This document shows, one piece after another, positions 27,211-35,716 of a DNA stretch of 64,000 bases. This DNA comes from Pyrinomonadaceae bacterium. Its GTDB lineage: Bacteria > Acidobacteriota > Blastocatellia > Pyrinomonadales > Pyrinomonadaceae. Where the stretch lies: assembly GCA_035273405.1 (NCBI GenBank), contig DATEPC010000108.1, forward strand, positions 12,126-76,125, in the 5' to 3' direction. The notes under the pieces were generated by a model. It saw nothing but the letters and a program-made list of their open reading frames with translations, was not told the DNA's origin and did no database searches. Position 1 is the stretch's first letter, and each line of letters begins with the position of its first letter. Made by a program: the position numbers and the translations under genes.

Positions 27211-28488
27211 ATGCCCAGCGATCTCATCACCGCACATCGCGATCTTTGGAACTGGTGTCGCGCCATCGATTTCGCCGGCCATGATCCTTACGACGGCCTC
27301 AACAGCTCGTTATTTCAAGCAACACCTCTTCGGCATTCGCGCGTAGCGCGTCTGGCCTGGACGCAGTTTCTTAAACGCTCACCAATCAACCTTCGCAAAA
27401 TCGCCGGCGTACCCGCAGAGCGGAACCCGAAGGGAATGGCGCTGTTTGCGCTGGCGGCGATTGCAGATTACCGGCGGCTGCAAACAAAAGAAGCTGAAGT
27501 CACAGCGCGCGAGTTGCTTGATGATCTAATCGGCATGAGCTTAAAAGGCTTCCGTGGCGCGTGCTGGGGCTACAACTTTGATTGGCAGTCGCGTTCGTTC
27601 TTCGCGCCGAAGGGTACGCCAACGATTATCCCGACGGCCTTCGCGGCGCGCGCGCTGTGCGAAGCGGCGGAAGTGATTGACCGCGATGAGTATCTGCCGT
27701 TTGCGCGCACCATCTGCAATTTCATTCTCAACGATCTGAATCAGTCGGACGCGACAAGCGAGGAGGTTTGTTTCAGCTATTCGCCGCACGACCAGACGCG
27801 GGTTTTCAACGCCAGTCTGATGGCCGCGGAAGTTCTGGCGACTGTCGGTGGGATGCTGGGCGAACAGAGCCTTTGCGAAGGGGCGATGCGCGCGACGCGC
27901 TACGTTGTTCGCCGCCAGCTCAACGACGGTTCGTGGGCATACGGCGCTGATGGGCACCAGGCGTGGAGCGACAACTTTCACACCGCATATGTGCTGGCGA
28001 GTCTCTCGAGGATTTCGCGAGCGCTGGCGATAGTTGGCCCCCTCTCCGCGGGCGGAGAGGGGGGTGGGGGAGAGGTTGGTCGCGGCTCAACCCCACCCCA
28101 ACCCCGCCCCACGCGTGAGGAGGAGCCGACGCCTGTGGATCTTGAAAGTGCTTTGGTTCATGGATTTGAATTCTGGAAAGAGCGGTTCTTTCTCAGCAAC
28201 GGTTGGCCTAAGTATTACCCGAACAGGCTTTATCCGGCGGATGTACACTCCACCGCCGCAGCCATCGTGACGCTGGTCGAGTTGCGCGGCCGCTTTTCCG
28301 GCACGTTGGAGTTGGCAGAACGGATCGCCGGTTGGTCGATAGAGAACATGCGCAGCTCGGATGGATATTTTTACTATCAGCGTCATCGATTTCACACGAC
28401 CCGCATTCCTTACATGCGTTGGTCGCAAGCGTGGATGGCTTACGCGCTGGCGCGACTACTGGAAGGAAGTCAGAACCGCCTGCGGTAG
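27211..28488 (+). CDS. hypothetical protein of the polysaccharide locus (possibly alpha/alpha-barrel-like)
   Basis: Conserved-looking blocks DPYDGLNS, CWGYNFDWQSRSFFAPKGTP, DGSWAYG and DNFHTAYVL. Contains a repeat-derived insert at 28038-28123. The stop codon lies inside a REP-A copy. Confidence 0.5.
   Translation: MPSDLITAHRDLWNWCRAIDFAGHDPYDGLNSSLFQATPLRHSRVARLAWTQFLKRSPINLRKIAGVPAERNPKGMALFALAAIADYRRLQTKEAEVTARELLDDLIGMSLKGFRGACWGYNFDWQSRSFFAPKGTPTIIPTAFAARALCEAAEVIDRDEYLPFARTICNFILNDLNQSDATSEEVCFSYSPHDQTRVFNASLMAAEVLATVGGMLGEQSLCEGAMRATRYVVRRQLNDGSWAYGADGHQAWSDNFHTAYVLASLSRISRALAIVGPLSAGGEGGGGEVGRGSTPPQPRPTREEEPTPVDLESALVHGFEFWKERFFLSNGWPKYYPNRLYPADVHSTAAAIVTLVELRGRFSGTLELAERIAGWSIENMRSSDGYFYYQRHRFHTTRIPYMRWSQAWMAYALARLLEGSQNRLR
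28038..28123. repeat. REPIN-C doublet inside CDS 27211..28488 (in frame)
   Basis: Structure is cccctctccgc-gggc-ggagagggg + ggtgggggagaggt, a spacer, ccccaccccaac, then a degenerate second hairpin. Confidence 0.7.
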
Positions 28489-28561
28489 CGGGCGGTTGAG
28501 CTTAAGATTACACTCGCCTTGAACCACAGTTTAACCACCCGCTACCGCAGGTGGTTCTGAC
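28469..28561. repeat. REP-A inverted doublet
   Basis: gtcagaaccgcctgcggtagcgggcggttgag (contains the TAG stop of the upstream gene) and ttaaccacccgctaccgcaggtggttctgac (ends 3 nt before the next ATG). Confidence 0.75.
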
Positions 28562-28563
28562 AA

Positions 28564-29586
28564 ATGCGACTCTGGATCGATTTCGCCAACTCTCCGCACG
28601 TGCCGTTTTTTCGCGCGTTGATTCCGGAGTTTGTCGCGCGCGGTCATCATGTCGAACTTAGCGCCCGTGACTTCGCGCAGACGGTCGAGATGGCGACGAA
28701 AGCCGGGATGCTCCCGCACGTGATTGGCGGTCATGGCGGAGGGAAGTTGACCGGCAAGGCGGGGAATCTAATCGGGCGCGCCGCCGCGCTTCGCAAGTGG
28801 GCCCGTGATCGGGGATTCGATCTCGCGGTCAGCCATAATTCGTACGCCCAGATCTCGGCGGCGGCGGCCTTAGGAATTCGAAGCGTGACGCTAATGGATT
28901 ACGAGCATCAGCCGGCAAATCACCTGGCCTTTCGACTGGCTTCCAAAGTGATTGTGCCGCGCGCATTTCCTTCCACTGAGCTGAAGAAATACGGCGCGTC
29001 ACTGCGCAAGGTCGCACGTTATGACGGGCTGAAGGAAGATGTCTATCTCGCCGAGTTCACTCCTAATCCAAAGTTCGCGGAAGTGTTGCGTGATATCGGA
29101 ATCACCGGCGACGCTGTGCTCGTCGTGGCGCGCCCACCGGCCCACGAAGCTCTGTATCATCGATTCGAAAACCAGCTGTTTGAAGATCTGCTGACGCACT
29201 TGAGTTCTAAGCCGGCTGTCAAAACCGTTCTGTTGCCGAGAACAGATTCCCAACGCGCTGAATACGAAGCTCGAAAGCTGCCGAACATAATCATGCCCCG
29301 CGAAGTCCTGGACGGTGCTAACCTTGTGGCCGCCGCCGATCTGATTGTTAGCGCCGGCGGCACGATGAACCGCGAAGCGGCTGCGTTGGGTGTCCCCGCC
29401 GCAAGTATTTACGCCGGCAAGTGGGCCGCGATTGATGAGCAATTGGTCGCGGAAGGACGCTTGAAGAAGATCGCCTCACTCGAGGACATCGATTCACTGG
29501 TTGTGCGGAAGAAAACGAGCAACGCGCCGCGCGCAAACAAAACAACGCGAGCTGAGGTTGCCAAGCTCATCCTCGATGAAGCCTGA
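28564..29586 (+). CDS. DUF354 domain protein (GT-B/epimerase-like)
   Basis: MRLWIDFANSPHVPFFRALIPEFVARGHHVELSARDF matches the typical DUF354 N-terminus. GGTMNREAAALGVPA is GT-B-like. Confidence 0.65.
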   Translation: MRLWIDFANSPHVPFFRALIPEFVARGHHVELSARDFAQTVEMATKAGMLPHVIGGHGGGKLTGKAGNLIGRAAALRKWARDRGFDLAVSHNSYAQISAAAALGIRSVTLMDYEHQPANHLAFRLASKVIVPRAFPSTELKKYGASLRKVARYDGLKEDVYLAEFTPNPKFAEVLRDIGITGDAVLVVARPPAHEALYHRFENQLFEDLLTHLSSKPAVKTVLLPRTDSQRAEYEARKLPNIIMPREVLDGANLVAAADLIVSAGGTMNREAAALGVPAASIYAGKWAAIDEQLVAEGRLKKIASLEDIDSLVVRKKTSNAPRANKTTRAEVAKLILDEA

Positions 29587-31126
29587 ACTCGCCAAAACTG
29601 GAATAACCGCACAAGCCGTTCGCGCTCCGGCGCGCGCGCCGCGCTGGGTGGTACCCCTGGTGAAGGCACTTTTGGTCGTCAGCGACATCATCCTCACCAC
29701 GCTTTCGTTTGCCGCTGCATTTTACGTCCGGCACTACGAACCGATCACTCGTACGGCTGACGGCGCGCTCGCGTGGTCAACTCAATTCGCACCGTACGCA
29801 GTCCTTTTGCCGCTGGTGATTCCGATCCGATTGCTGTTGCTGCGTTATTACGATTTGTATCGCGTGCGCGGCGAATTCTCGTTTGTTAATGATGCGGCGC
29901 GCGTTTTCAAAGCCACCGCCATCGGCTCGCTGCTGATCGTAGCGGCAGCATTCATGTATCGCGGCGGCGTGGCGTATCGCACGTTCTCGTATTCGCGCGC
30001 GATCTTTGCGCTGGACTTTCTGTTGGCGTTCGCGAGCATTGGTCTGCTCCGCGCGGCTCTGCGCGCTGCTCAAATTGCGGTTCGCCGGCGCGGCGTGAAT
30101 CTGATTCCAACGCTGATCGTAGGCCGTGGGCCCGAAGCCGAGTTGTGCATTCGCGAGATGCGCGCCCGCCCGGAGCTTGGCTATCGCGTCATCGGAATCG
30201 TCGAGAACGGGCACATCGGCGCCGCCGGCACCACGTTTGAAGGTGTGCCGATCGTCGGCGATCTGAAGTCATTGCCACAGTTGATTCGCGACTCGCACGC
30301 GAACGAGGTAATCATTTCCGATCCAAATGTGCCCGGCGAAGATCTGTTCGACGTCATGATCAAGACCGGCCGTCGTCGTGGCGTCGAATTTCGCATCGCG
30401 CCCACGCTCTTGAATTGCTTGCCCAGTAAAACGGAAATCGATCAAGTGGGATCGCTCCCGATGGTGACGTTGTTCCGCTCGCCTTTGTCGAATGCCGCGC
30501 GTTTTGTAAAGCGCGCTTCAGATTTGATGATCGCGACCACTGCAGTAGTGCTGCTGGCGCCGCTGTGGCTTCTCGTAGCGTTGCTGATCAAGCTCGATTC
30601 GCGCGGACCCGTGTTCTATAAACAGGAACGCGTCGGCATGGACGGCCGGGTTTTTCTTTTCTATAAGTTTCGTTCGATGCAGAAGGGCTCAGACGACGAG
30701 CGACATCGCGAGTTCCAACGCAAGTACATCAAAGGCGAAGCCGATTCAAATCTGGGCGACGACGAGCGACCTGCTTACAAGCTTCGTGGTGACGAGCGCG
30801 TCACCCGCTTGGGACAGCTTTTGCGGAAGACCAGTCTCGACGAGCTTCCTCAGCTATTCAACGTGCTGCGTGGCGACATGAGCGTTGTCGGTCCGCGTCC
30901 GCCGATCCCTTATGAAGTGGAAAGCTATGAACTGTGGCACCGCAAGCGGCTCGACATGAAACCCGGGATCACGGGCCTCTGGCAGGTCTCGGGGCGCAAC
31001 CGTCTGCCGTTCGACGAGATGGTGCGAATGGACCTTTACTACATCGAGAACTGGTCCCTGCTGCTGGATTTGAAGATTATTCTGCAGACGCTGCCCGTGA
31101 TGTGGCGCGGCGAGGATGCTTATTGA
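29576..31126 (+). CDS. polyprenyl-phosphate glycosyl-1-phosphate transferase (WbaP/EpsB-like priming sugar transferase)
   Basis: N-terminal TM bundle. The C-terminal bacterial sugar transferase domain shows KRASDLMIA, DSRGPVFYKQERVG, FYKFRSM, DELPQLFNVLRGDMSVVGPRP. ATG 29576 overlaps the upstream stop by 11 nt. Confidence 0.85.
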   Translation: MKPELAKTGITAQAVRAPARAPRWVVPLVKALLVVSDIILTTLSFAAAFYVRHYEPITRTADGALAWSTQFAPYAVLLPLVIPIRLLLLRYYDLYRVRGEFSFVNDAARVFKATAIGSLLIVAAAFMYRGGVAYRTFSYSRAIFALDFLLAFASIGLLRAALRAAQIAVRRRGVNLIPTLIVGRGPEAELCIREMRARPELGYRVIGIVENGHIGAAGTTFEGVPIVGDLKSLPQLIRDSHANEVIISDPNVPGEDLFDVMIKTGRRRGVEFRIAPTLLNCLPSKTEIDQVGSLPMVTLFRSPLSNAARFVKRASDLMIATTAVVLLAPLWLLVALLIKLDSRGPVFYKQERVGMDGRVFLFYKFRSMQKGSDDERHREFQRKYIKGEADSNLGDDERPAYKLRGDERVTRLGQLLRKTSLDELPQLFNVLRGDMSVVGPRPPIPYEVESYELWHRKRLDMKPGITGLWQVSGRNRLPFDEMVRMDLYYIENWSLLLDLKIILQTLPVMWRGEDAY

Positions 31127-31152
31127 TATAGGAAAACGACAAGCCAGGTTCT

Positions 31153-31638
31153 ATGAACAGTTCAGATCCAAAACGTGACATGTTGCGACACACGGTCGCG
31201 ACGTTAGCGTATCGTGGCGCGAAAGCAGTGCGCGGCGCCCCGGATTCTTTCGCCGCTTTCAAAGCGTCCAAAACCACGCGTACCCCGGCAGAGATTCTTG
31301 CCCACGTCGGCGATTTGTTGGATTGGGCTTTGTCCATTGCTAAAGGAAAAGAGGCTTGGCATAACTCGAAACCCAAGTTCTGGAAACTGGAAGTAAAGCG
31401 GTTTCACACGGCGCTCAAACGTTGCGATAAACACCTCGCTGGTAAACAGAAGCTGGGCGCAAGCTGCGAAAGAATCTTTCAAGGGCCAATTGCCGACGCT
31501 TTGACACACGTTGGGCAAATCGCGATGCTTCGTCGCCTCGCCGGTGAGCCGATTAAAGGTGAGAACTATTCACGCGCGAAAATTAAAGCCGGAACGGTGG
31601 GCGCGGATCAGGAAAAGCCGAAAAGGGAGTTTGATTGA
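31153..31638 (+). CDS. hypothetical protein (DinB-like helical bundle?)
   Basis: 161 aa. His-containing helices (ILAHVGDLLDWAL, ALTHVGQIAMLRR) are reminiscent of the DinB/YfiT fold. This call is weak. Confidence 0.35.
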   Translation: MNSSDPKRDMLRHTVATLAYRGAKAVRGAPDSFAAFKASKTTRTPAEILAHVGDLLDWALSIAKGKEAWHNSKPKFWKLEVKRFHTALKRCDKHLAGKQKLGASCERIFQGPIADALTHVGQIAMLRRLAGEPIKGENYSRAKIKAGTVGADQEKPKREFD

Positions 31639-31661
31639 AATTTACGTAATCAGGTTCGATC

Positions 31662-31718
31662 GTTTAGAGCGCGGACTTGTCCGCGCTAGCCGCACAAGTG
31701 CGGCTTCTAAACGGAATC
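31662..31718. repeat. REP-F copy (two hairpins between GTTTAGA and TCTAAAC)
   Basis: gtttagagcgcggacttgtccgcgctagccgcacaagtgcggcttctaaacggaatc. Confidence 0.65.
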
Positions 31719-31732
31719 GTTCAAGCGAGGAT

Positions 31733-32857
31733 TTACGCGGTCAGTCGCGATTCGATGGAAGTGCCGACCGGTTGCCACTCAGCGTCGTTCGGTTGTCGCA
31801 TGAGCGAGCGGCGGCGCAGTTCGTCCCAATCTTCGGGCGGTACGCGGTGGAAGGCAGCGACTACTTTCGGATCGAATTGGCGATCAGCCCACTCGTCCAA
31901 CTCCGCGACCGCAGCTTCGTAAGGTCGGCCTTTCCGATACACACGGTCACTGGTAATCGCGTCGAACGCGTCGGCGACAGCAAAGATGCGGGCGCAGATG
32001 TCTATTTCTTCACGTTTTAATCCCAACGGATAACCTGAGCCATCCCACTTCTCGTGATGCTGCGCGACCACGCGCGCGGCGCCTTCCAGAAATTTGATGC
32101 CGCGCAAAATCTGTTGGCCGTGCGAAGGATGCTCGCGCATGCGCACCCACTCTTCATCAGTAAGTTTCGCCGGCTTGCGGAGGATTGCATCGGGCACGCC
32201 AATCTTTCCAATGTCGTGAAGCAGCGAGCCGAACTCGAGCGCTTTCAACTCGCCCGCGCTCAGACCATATTCACGGCCGAGACGCAAACTAAAAGTGACT
32301 ACGCGCTCCGAATGGCCATGAGTTTCCGCGTCGCGGGTTTCCAGCGCCGCAGTCAGGGCCTGCAAAGTTGATCGGTAAGCGTTTTCCACTGACGCCAGCG
32401 CGTCGTCCAATTCCGCGGTCCGCTGTACGACCAAGTCTTCGAGGAGATTTTCGTAGCGCTGCTTGGCGGCGATCAATTCGTGATGCTCATGAGCGCGCTG
32501 GATGGCGGCTTCAACCTGCCGCAGATCGAAAGGCTTCATCAAATAATCGTACGCGCCCAGACGCAGCGCGTTGATCGCACTCTCCATCGTCTGCATGCCG
32601 CTAATCATCACGATGACGGTGTCGGGCGAAATGTCTTTGATCTGAGGAATCATTTCCAGCCCACTCATACCGCTCATCGTGATGTCGCTGATTACCAGGT
32701 CAAAGGTACTGAGACTGAGTTGGTCCAGGGCTTCTTCTGCTGAAGAAGCTTCGACGCACTCGTAGCAGCCGTCAAGCAGATCATGCAAGACATTACGAAC
32801 GACCGGTTCGTCATCGACGATTAAGAGGCGTGGCTTGGGCTGTTCTGGCGTCATCAA
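31733..32857 (-). CDS. response regulator with HD-GYP domain (c-di-GMP phosphodiesterase type)
   Basis: The REC domain has LLIVDDEP and DLVISDITMSGMSG. The HD-GYP domain has HGHSERV, LHDIGKIGVPD, HHEKWDGSGYP. Confidence 0.85.
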   Translation of the reverse strand: MMTPEQPKPRLLIVDDEPVVRNVLHDLLDGCYECVEASSAEEALDQLSLSTFDLVISDITMSGMSGLEMIPQIKDISPDTVIVMISGMQTMESAINALRLGAYDYLMKPFDLRQVEAAIQRAHEHHELIAAKQRYENLLEDLVVQRTAELDDALASVENAYRSTLQALTAALETRDAETHGHSERVVTFSLRLGREYGLSAGELKALEFGSLLHDIGKIGVPDAILRKPAKLTDEEWVRMREHPSHGQQILRGIKFLEGAARVVAQHHEKWDGSGYPLGLKREEIDICARIFAVADAFDAITSDRVYRKGRPYEAAVAELDEWADRQFDPKVVAAFHRVPPEDWDELRRRSLMRQPNDAEWQPVGTSIESRLTA

Positions 32858-33157
32858 TTCGATTCAGGTGAGCGGGACAAACTGGGCCAGGGCAATTCTG
32901 ATTTGAGGGACGTGCCGGTTCGGGGTCTGGCCCGGGAACTTTCGTGAGCGGAAAATCTCCAGTCGAGAAACTGGCAGAACGATTGTACAATACCGCCGGA
33001 AGTGTGGCCAACAAGTTTTTTCACGACGAAACTGGCCCATTTTTGACGGAATTCTGCATGATCGAGATTGGGAACCCGTTAATGTGTGGTTCAAGTTGAC
33101 GCTAAGCGCCGGTCTCCTTAATATGGCCTGACGCCGTCGACAAACGGTCCCGCACGA

Positions 33158-33244
33158 GCCGGAGTGGCGAAATTGGTATACGCACCAGACTCAAAATCTG
33201 GCGAGGTCACACTCATGAGAGTTCGAGTCTCTCCTCCGGCACCA
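33158..33244 (+). tRNA. tRNA-Leu (anticodon CAA), CCA encoded
   Basis: Acceptor stem GCCGGAG/CTCCGGC, D stem GCG/CGC, anticodon stem CCAGA/TCTGG with loop CTCAAAA, long variable arm, T arm GAGAG-TTCGAGT-CTCTC, then ACCA. Confidence 0.85.
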
Positions 33245-33262
33245 CGCACCGAATCACAGTTA

Positions 33263-34042
33263 GTGACATTGAAGCCGCCGCTCAAATGGGCCGGGGGCAA
33301 GCGTTGGCTGCTGCCTCACATTACGTCGATTTGGCAACTTCACGAGAATCGGCGATACGTTGAACCATTCTGCGGCGGTTTGTCAGTGGCTCTGGGACTG
33401 CATCCGACGCGGGCGCTGCTCAACGATCGCAATCCACACCTGATTAATTTCTATCGCCAGATACAACGCGGACTCCGGATGTCGATTGATCTCCGTTACG
33501 ATGCGGCTCTTTTCTACGCACACCGCACCTGGTTCAATGAAATGGTTCTGAATGGCGGCACGAAATCGCCGGAGGCCGCGCAACTCTTCTACTATTTGAA
33601 TCGCACCTGCTACAACGGACTGTGCCGGTTTAATCGCAGCGGCGGGTTCAATGTGCCATTCGGAAAGTACAAGACCGTGAACTACGCGACCGATTTCATT
33701 GGTTATCGAAAGATGCTGCGTGCCTGGGAATTCACAACCATGGATCTTGAGACGATGGAGATTAAACGAGACGACTTTGTTTACGCCGACCCGCCCTACG
33801 ACGTGGAATTCACGAGCTACAGCGCCGGCGGTTTTTCGTGGGACGATCAAGTGCGGACGGCGGAGTGGCTCGCAAGACATCGCGGACCCGTAGTGCTTTC
33901 CAATCAGGCGACGCCGCGCATCGTCCGTTTATATCGGCAGCTTGGTTTTCGTTTGAAGTTTCTCGACGCGCCTCGTCGCATCAGCTCGGACGGCAATCGA
34001 GTGCCGGCGCGAGAAGTGCTGGCAACGAAGAACTTAAGCTGA
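33263..34042 (+). CDS. Dam-family DNA N6-adenine methyltransferase (orphan)
   Basis: LKWAGGKRWLL, FCGGLSV (FxGxG), NRTCYNGLCRFN and ADPPY. The ATG of ORF 33164 lies inside the tRNA, so the start is taken at in-frame GTG 33263 (TTG 33269 is an alternative). Confidence 0.75.
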   Translation: MTLKPPLKWAGGKRWLLPHITSIWQLHENRRYVEPFCGGLSVALGLHPTRALLNDRNPHLINFYRQIQRGLRMSIDLRYDAALFYAHRTWFNEMVLNGGTKSPEAAQLFYYLNRTCYNGLCRFNRSGGFNVPFGKYKTVNYATDFIGYRKMLRAWEFTTMDLETMEIKRDDFVYADPPYDVEFTSYSAGGFSWDDQVRTAEWLARHRGPVVLSNQATPRIVRLYRQLGFRLKFLDAPRRISSDGNRVPAREVLATKNLS

Positions 34043-34070
34043 TGACTCGTACCGTCACCAAATGCGGTCA

Positions 34071-34123
34071 GGAAGGGGGCTTGCCCGCGCCTAATTTTGA
34101 GAGCGGGGGCAAGCCCCTCTTCC
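34071..34123. repeat. GC-rich hairpin between convergent dam and livF (REP/terminator)
   Basis: ggaagggggcttgcccgcgcc-taattttgaga-gcgggggcaagcccctcttcc. Confidence 0.55.
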
Positions 34124-34155
34124 CTACTGCATCTATTTACAGTTGATCTATTTTT

Positions 34156-34860
34156 CTATTCCCCGAGGTAGGCTTCTTTAATCCGTGGATCGTTGGCGAG
34201 GGCTTTTGAATTGCCTTCCATGGTGATCCCGCCGGTTTCCAAAACATAAGCGCGATCGGAATGATGTAAGGCGGCATGGGCGTTCTGCTCGACCAAAAGA
34301 ATCGTTGTGCCTTCGCTGCGAATCGAATCGATCGCTTCGAAGATTGTGTGCACCACCAGCGGCGCCAGACCCAACGAAGGCTCATCCAGAAGAAGCAAAC
34401 GCGGACGCGACATCAGCGCGCGCCCCATAGCCAGCATTTGCTGCTCGCCGCCGGACAAGGTACCGGCCTTCTGATGTTCCCGCTCTTTCAAACGCGAAAA
34501 CATCTCGAAAACTTTAGCCAGGTCGCCGGCCACCTGGCTGCGATTCTTTTGCAAATACGCGCCCATGTTCAGGTTTTCGCGCACGGACAGATTCGCGAAC
34601 ACGCCGCGCCCCTCGGGCGACATGGAAATGCCGCGGGCCACGAGTTTGTGTGTCGCCGTGCCGCCGATGTCCTTGCCTTCGAAAGTGATTTTGCCTTCAC
34701 GCGGCGACAGCAAGCCGGTGATTGTGCGCAGCGTCGTGGTCTTGCCGGCCCCGTTCGCGCCGATGAGCGTCACAACTTCGCCTTTCTCGACATGCATCGA
34801 GATGCCGCGCAGCGCTTCGATGGCGCCGTAATTCACTGAAACATTGTCTAAAGTCAGCAT
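34156..34860 (-). CDS. livF: branched-chain amino acid ABC transporter ATP-binding protein LivF
   Basis: GANGAGKTT Walker A, LSGGEQQMLAMGRAL signature, LLLDEPS. Last gene of the liv-type operon. Confidence 0.9.
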   Translation of the reverse strand: MLTLDNVSVNYGAIEALRGISMHVEKGEVVTLIGANGAGKTTTLRTITGLLSPREGKITFEGKDIGGTATHKLVARGISMSPEGRGVFANLSVRENLNMGAYLQKNRSQVAGDLAKVFEMFSRLKEREHQKAGTLSGGEQQMLAMGRALMSRPRLLLLDEPSLGLAPLVVHTIFEAIDSIRSEGTTILLVEQNAHAALHHSDRAYVLETGGITMEGNSKALANDPRIKEAYLGE

Positions 34861-34865
34861 AAAAA

Positions 34866-34927
34866 CTGTCAGTTGTCAGTAGTCAGTTAAAACAGCGAAC
34901 AACTGACGACGGACTACTGGCAACGGA
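34866..34927. repeat. REP-M (CTGTCAGTTGTCAGTAGTCAGT-type) inverted pair in the livG-livF spacer
   Basis: ctgtcagttgtcagtagtcagtt ... aactgacgacggactactggcaacgg. Confidence 0.45.
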
Positions 34928-35716
34928 CTAATCCCCAAGATACGCTTCAATCACTTTCGGATCGTTGCGAATTTCTTCCGGCAAGCCGAGCGCGATTGAT
35001 TTTCCATAATCGACCACCTGAATGCGCTCGCAAACGCCCATGACCACTTTCATGTTGTGCTCGACCAGAAGGATCGTGAGCCCGAAACGATCGCGAATCT
35101 GCTGAATCAGGTTCATCAAATCTTCCTGCTCCGAAGGGTTCAAACCAGCGGCCGGCTCATCCAGCAAAAGAAGCTTCGGTCTGGTCGCGAGCGCGCGCAC
35201 GATCTCTAAACGGCGCTGCTTGCCGTAAGGCAAACTTGTGCCACCTTCATCCTTGACGCCGGCCAGATCAAAAATCTCGAGCAGTTCCATCGCGAACTTC
35301 CGATGTTCCTCCTCGTCGCGATAATAGCGCGGCAGTCGCAGCACCGCGTCCATCAGGCTCTGCTTAGCGTGAATGTGGCACGCGGTCATTACGTTTTCCA
35401 ATACGGACATGCCGGGAAACAAACGAATATTTTGAAAAGTCCGCGAGACACCGCGCCGCGAAATCTGATAAGGACGCATCCCGTTGATCCGCTCGCCTTC
35501 GAAATGAATCTCGCCGGAAGTCGGCTCGTAAACGCCGGTCAGCAGATTGAAAATTGTTGTCTTGCCCGCGCCATTCGGCCCGATGAGGCCGTAGATCTCG
35601 CCGCGCTTGACCTGCATGTCCAACTCGTTGACGGCGACCAGGCCGCCGAAGCGAATCGTCGCCTTCGAAGTGCGCAGCGGATGCTCGCCGTTGGCCTTTG
35701 TGTTTGCCGCACTCAT
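34928..35716 (-). CDS. livG: branched-chain amino acid ABC transporter ATP-binding protein LivG
   Basis: GPNGAGKTT, LPYGKQRRLEIVRALA, LLLDEPAAGLNP. Confidence 0.9.
   Translation of the reverse strand: MSAANTKANGEHPLRTSKATIRFGGLVAVNELDMQVKRGEIYGLIGPNGAGKTTIFNLLTGVYEPTSGEIHFEGERINGMRPYQISRRGVSRTFQNIRLFPGMSVLENVMTACHIHAKQSLMDAVLRLPRYYRDEEEHRKFAMELLEIFDLAGVKDEGGTSLPYGKQRRLEIVRALATRPKLLLLDEPAAGLNPSEQEDLMNLIQQIRDRFGLTILLVEHNMKVVMGVCERIQVVDYGKSIALGLPEEIRNDPKVIEAYLGD

Noticed and set aside
33164-33262. ATG start of the methylase ORF at 33164 (MAKLVYAPDSKSGEV...)
   Set aside because: These codons are the tRNA-Leu sequence read as protein, so the start was moved to GTG 33263.
32858-34155. Integrated prophage or genomic island at tRNA-Leu
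   Set aside because: There is no integrase, excisionase, phage gene or visible direct repeat of the tRNA 3' end in the flanking sequence. Only a single methylase follows the tRNA.
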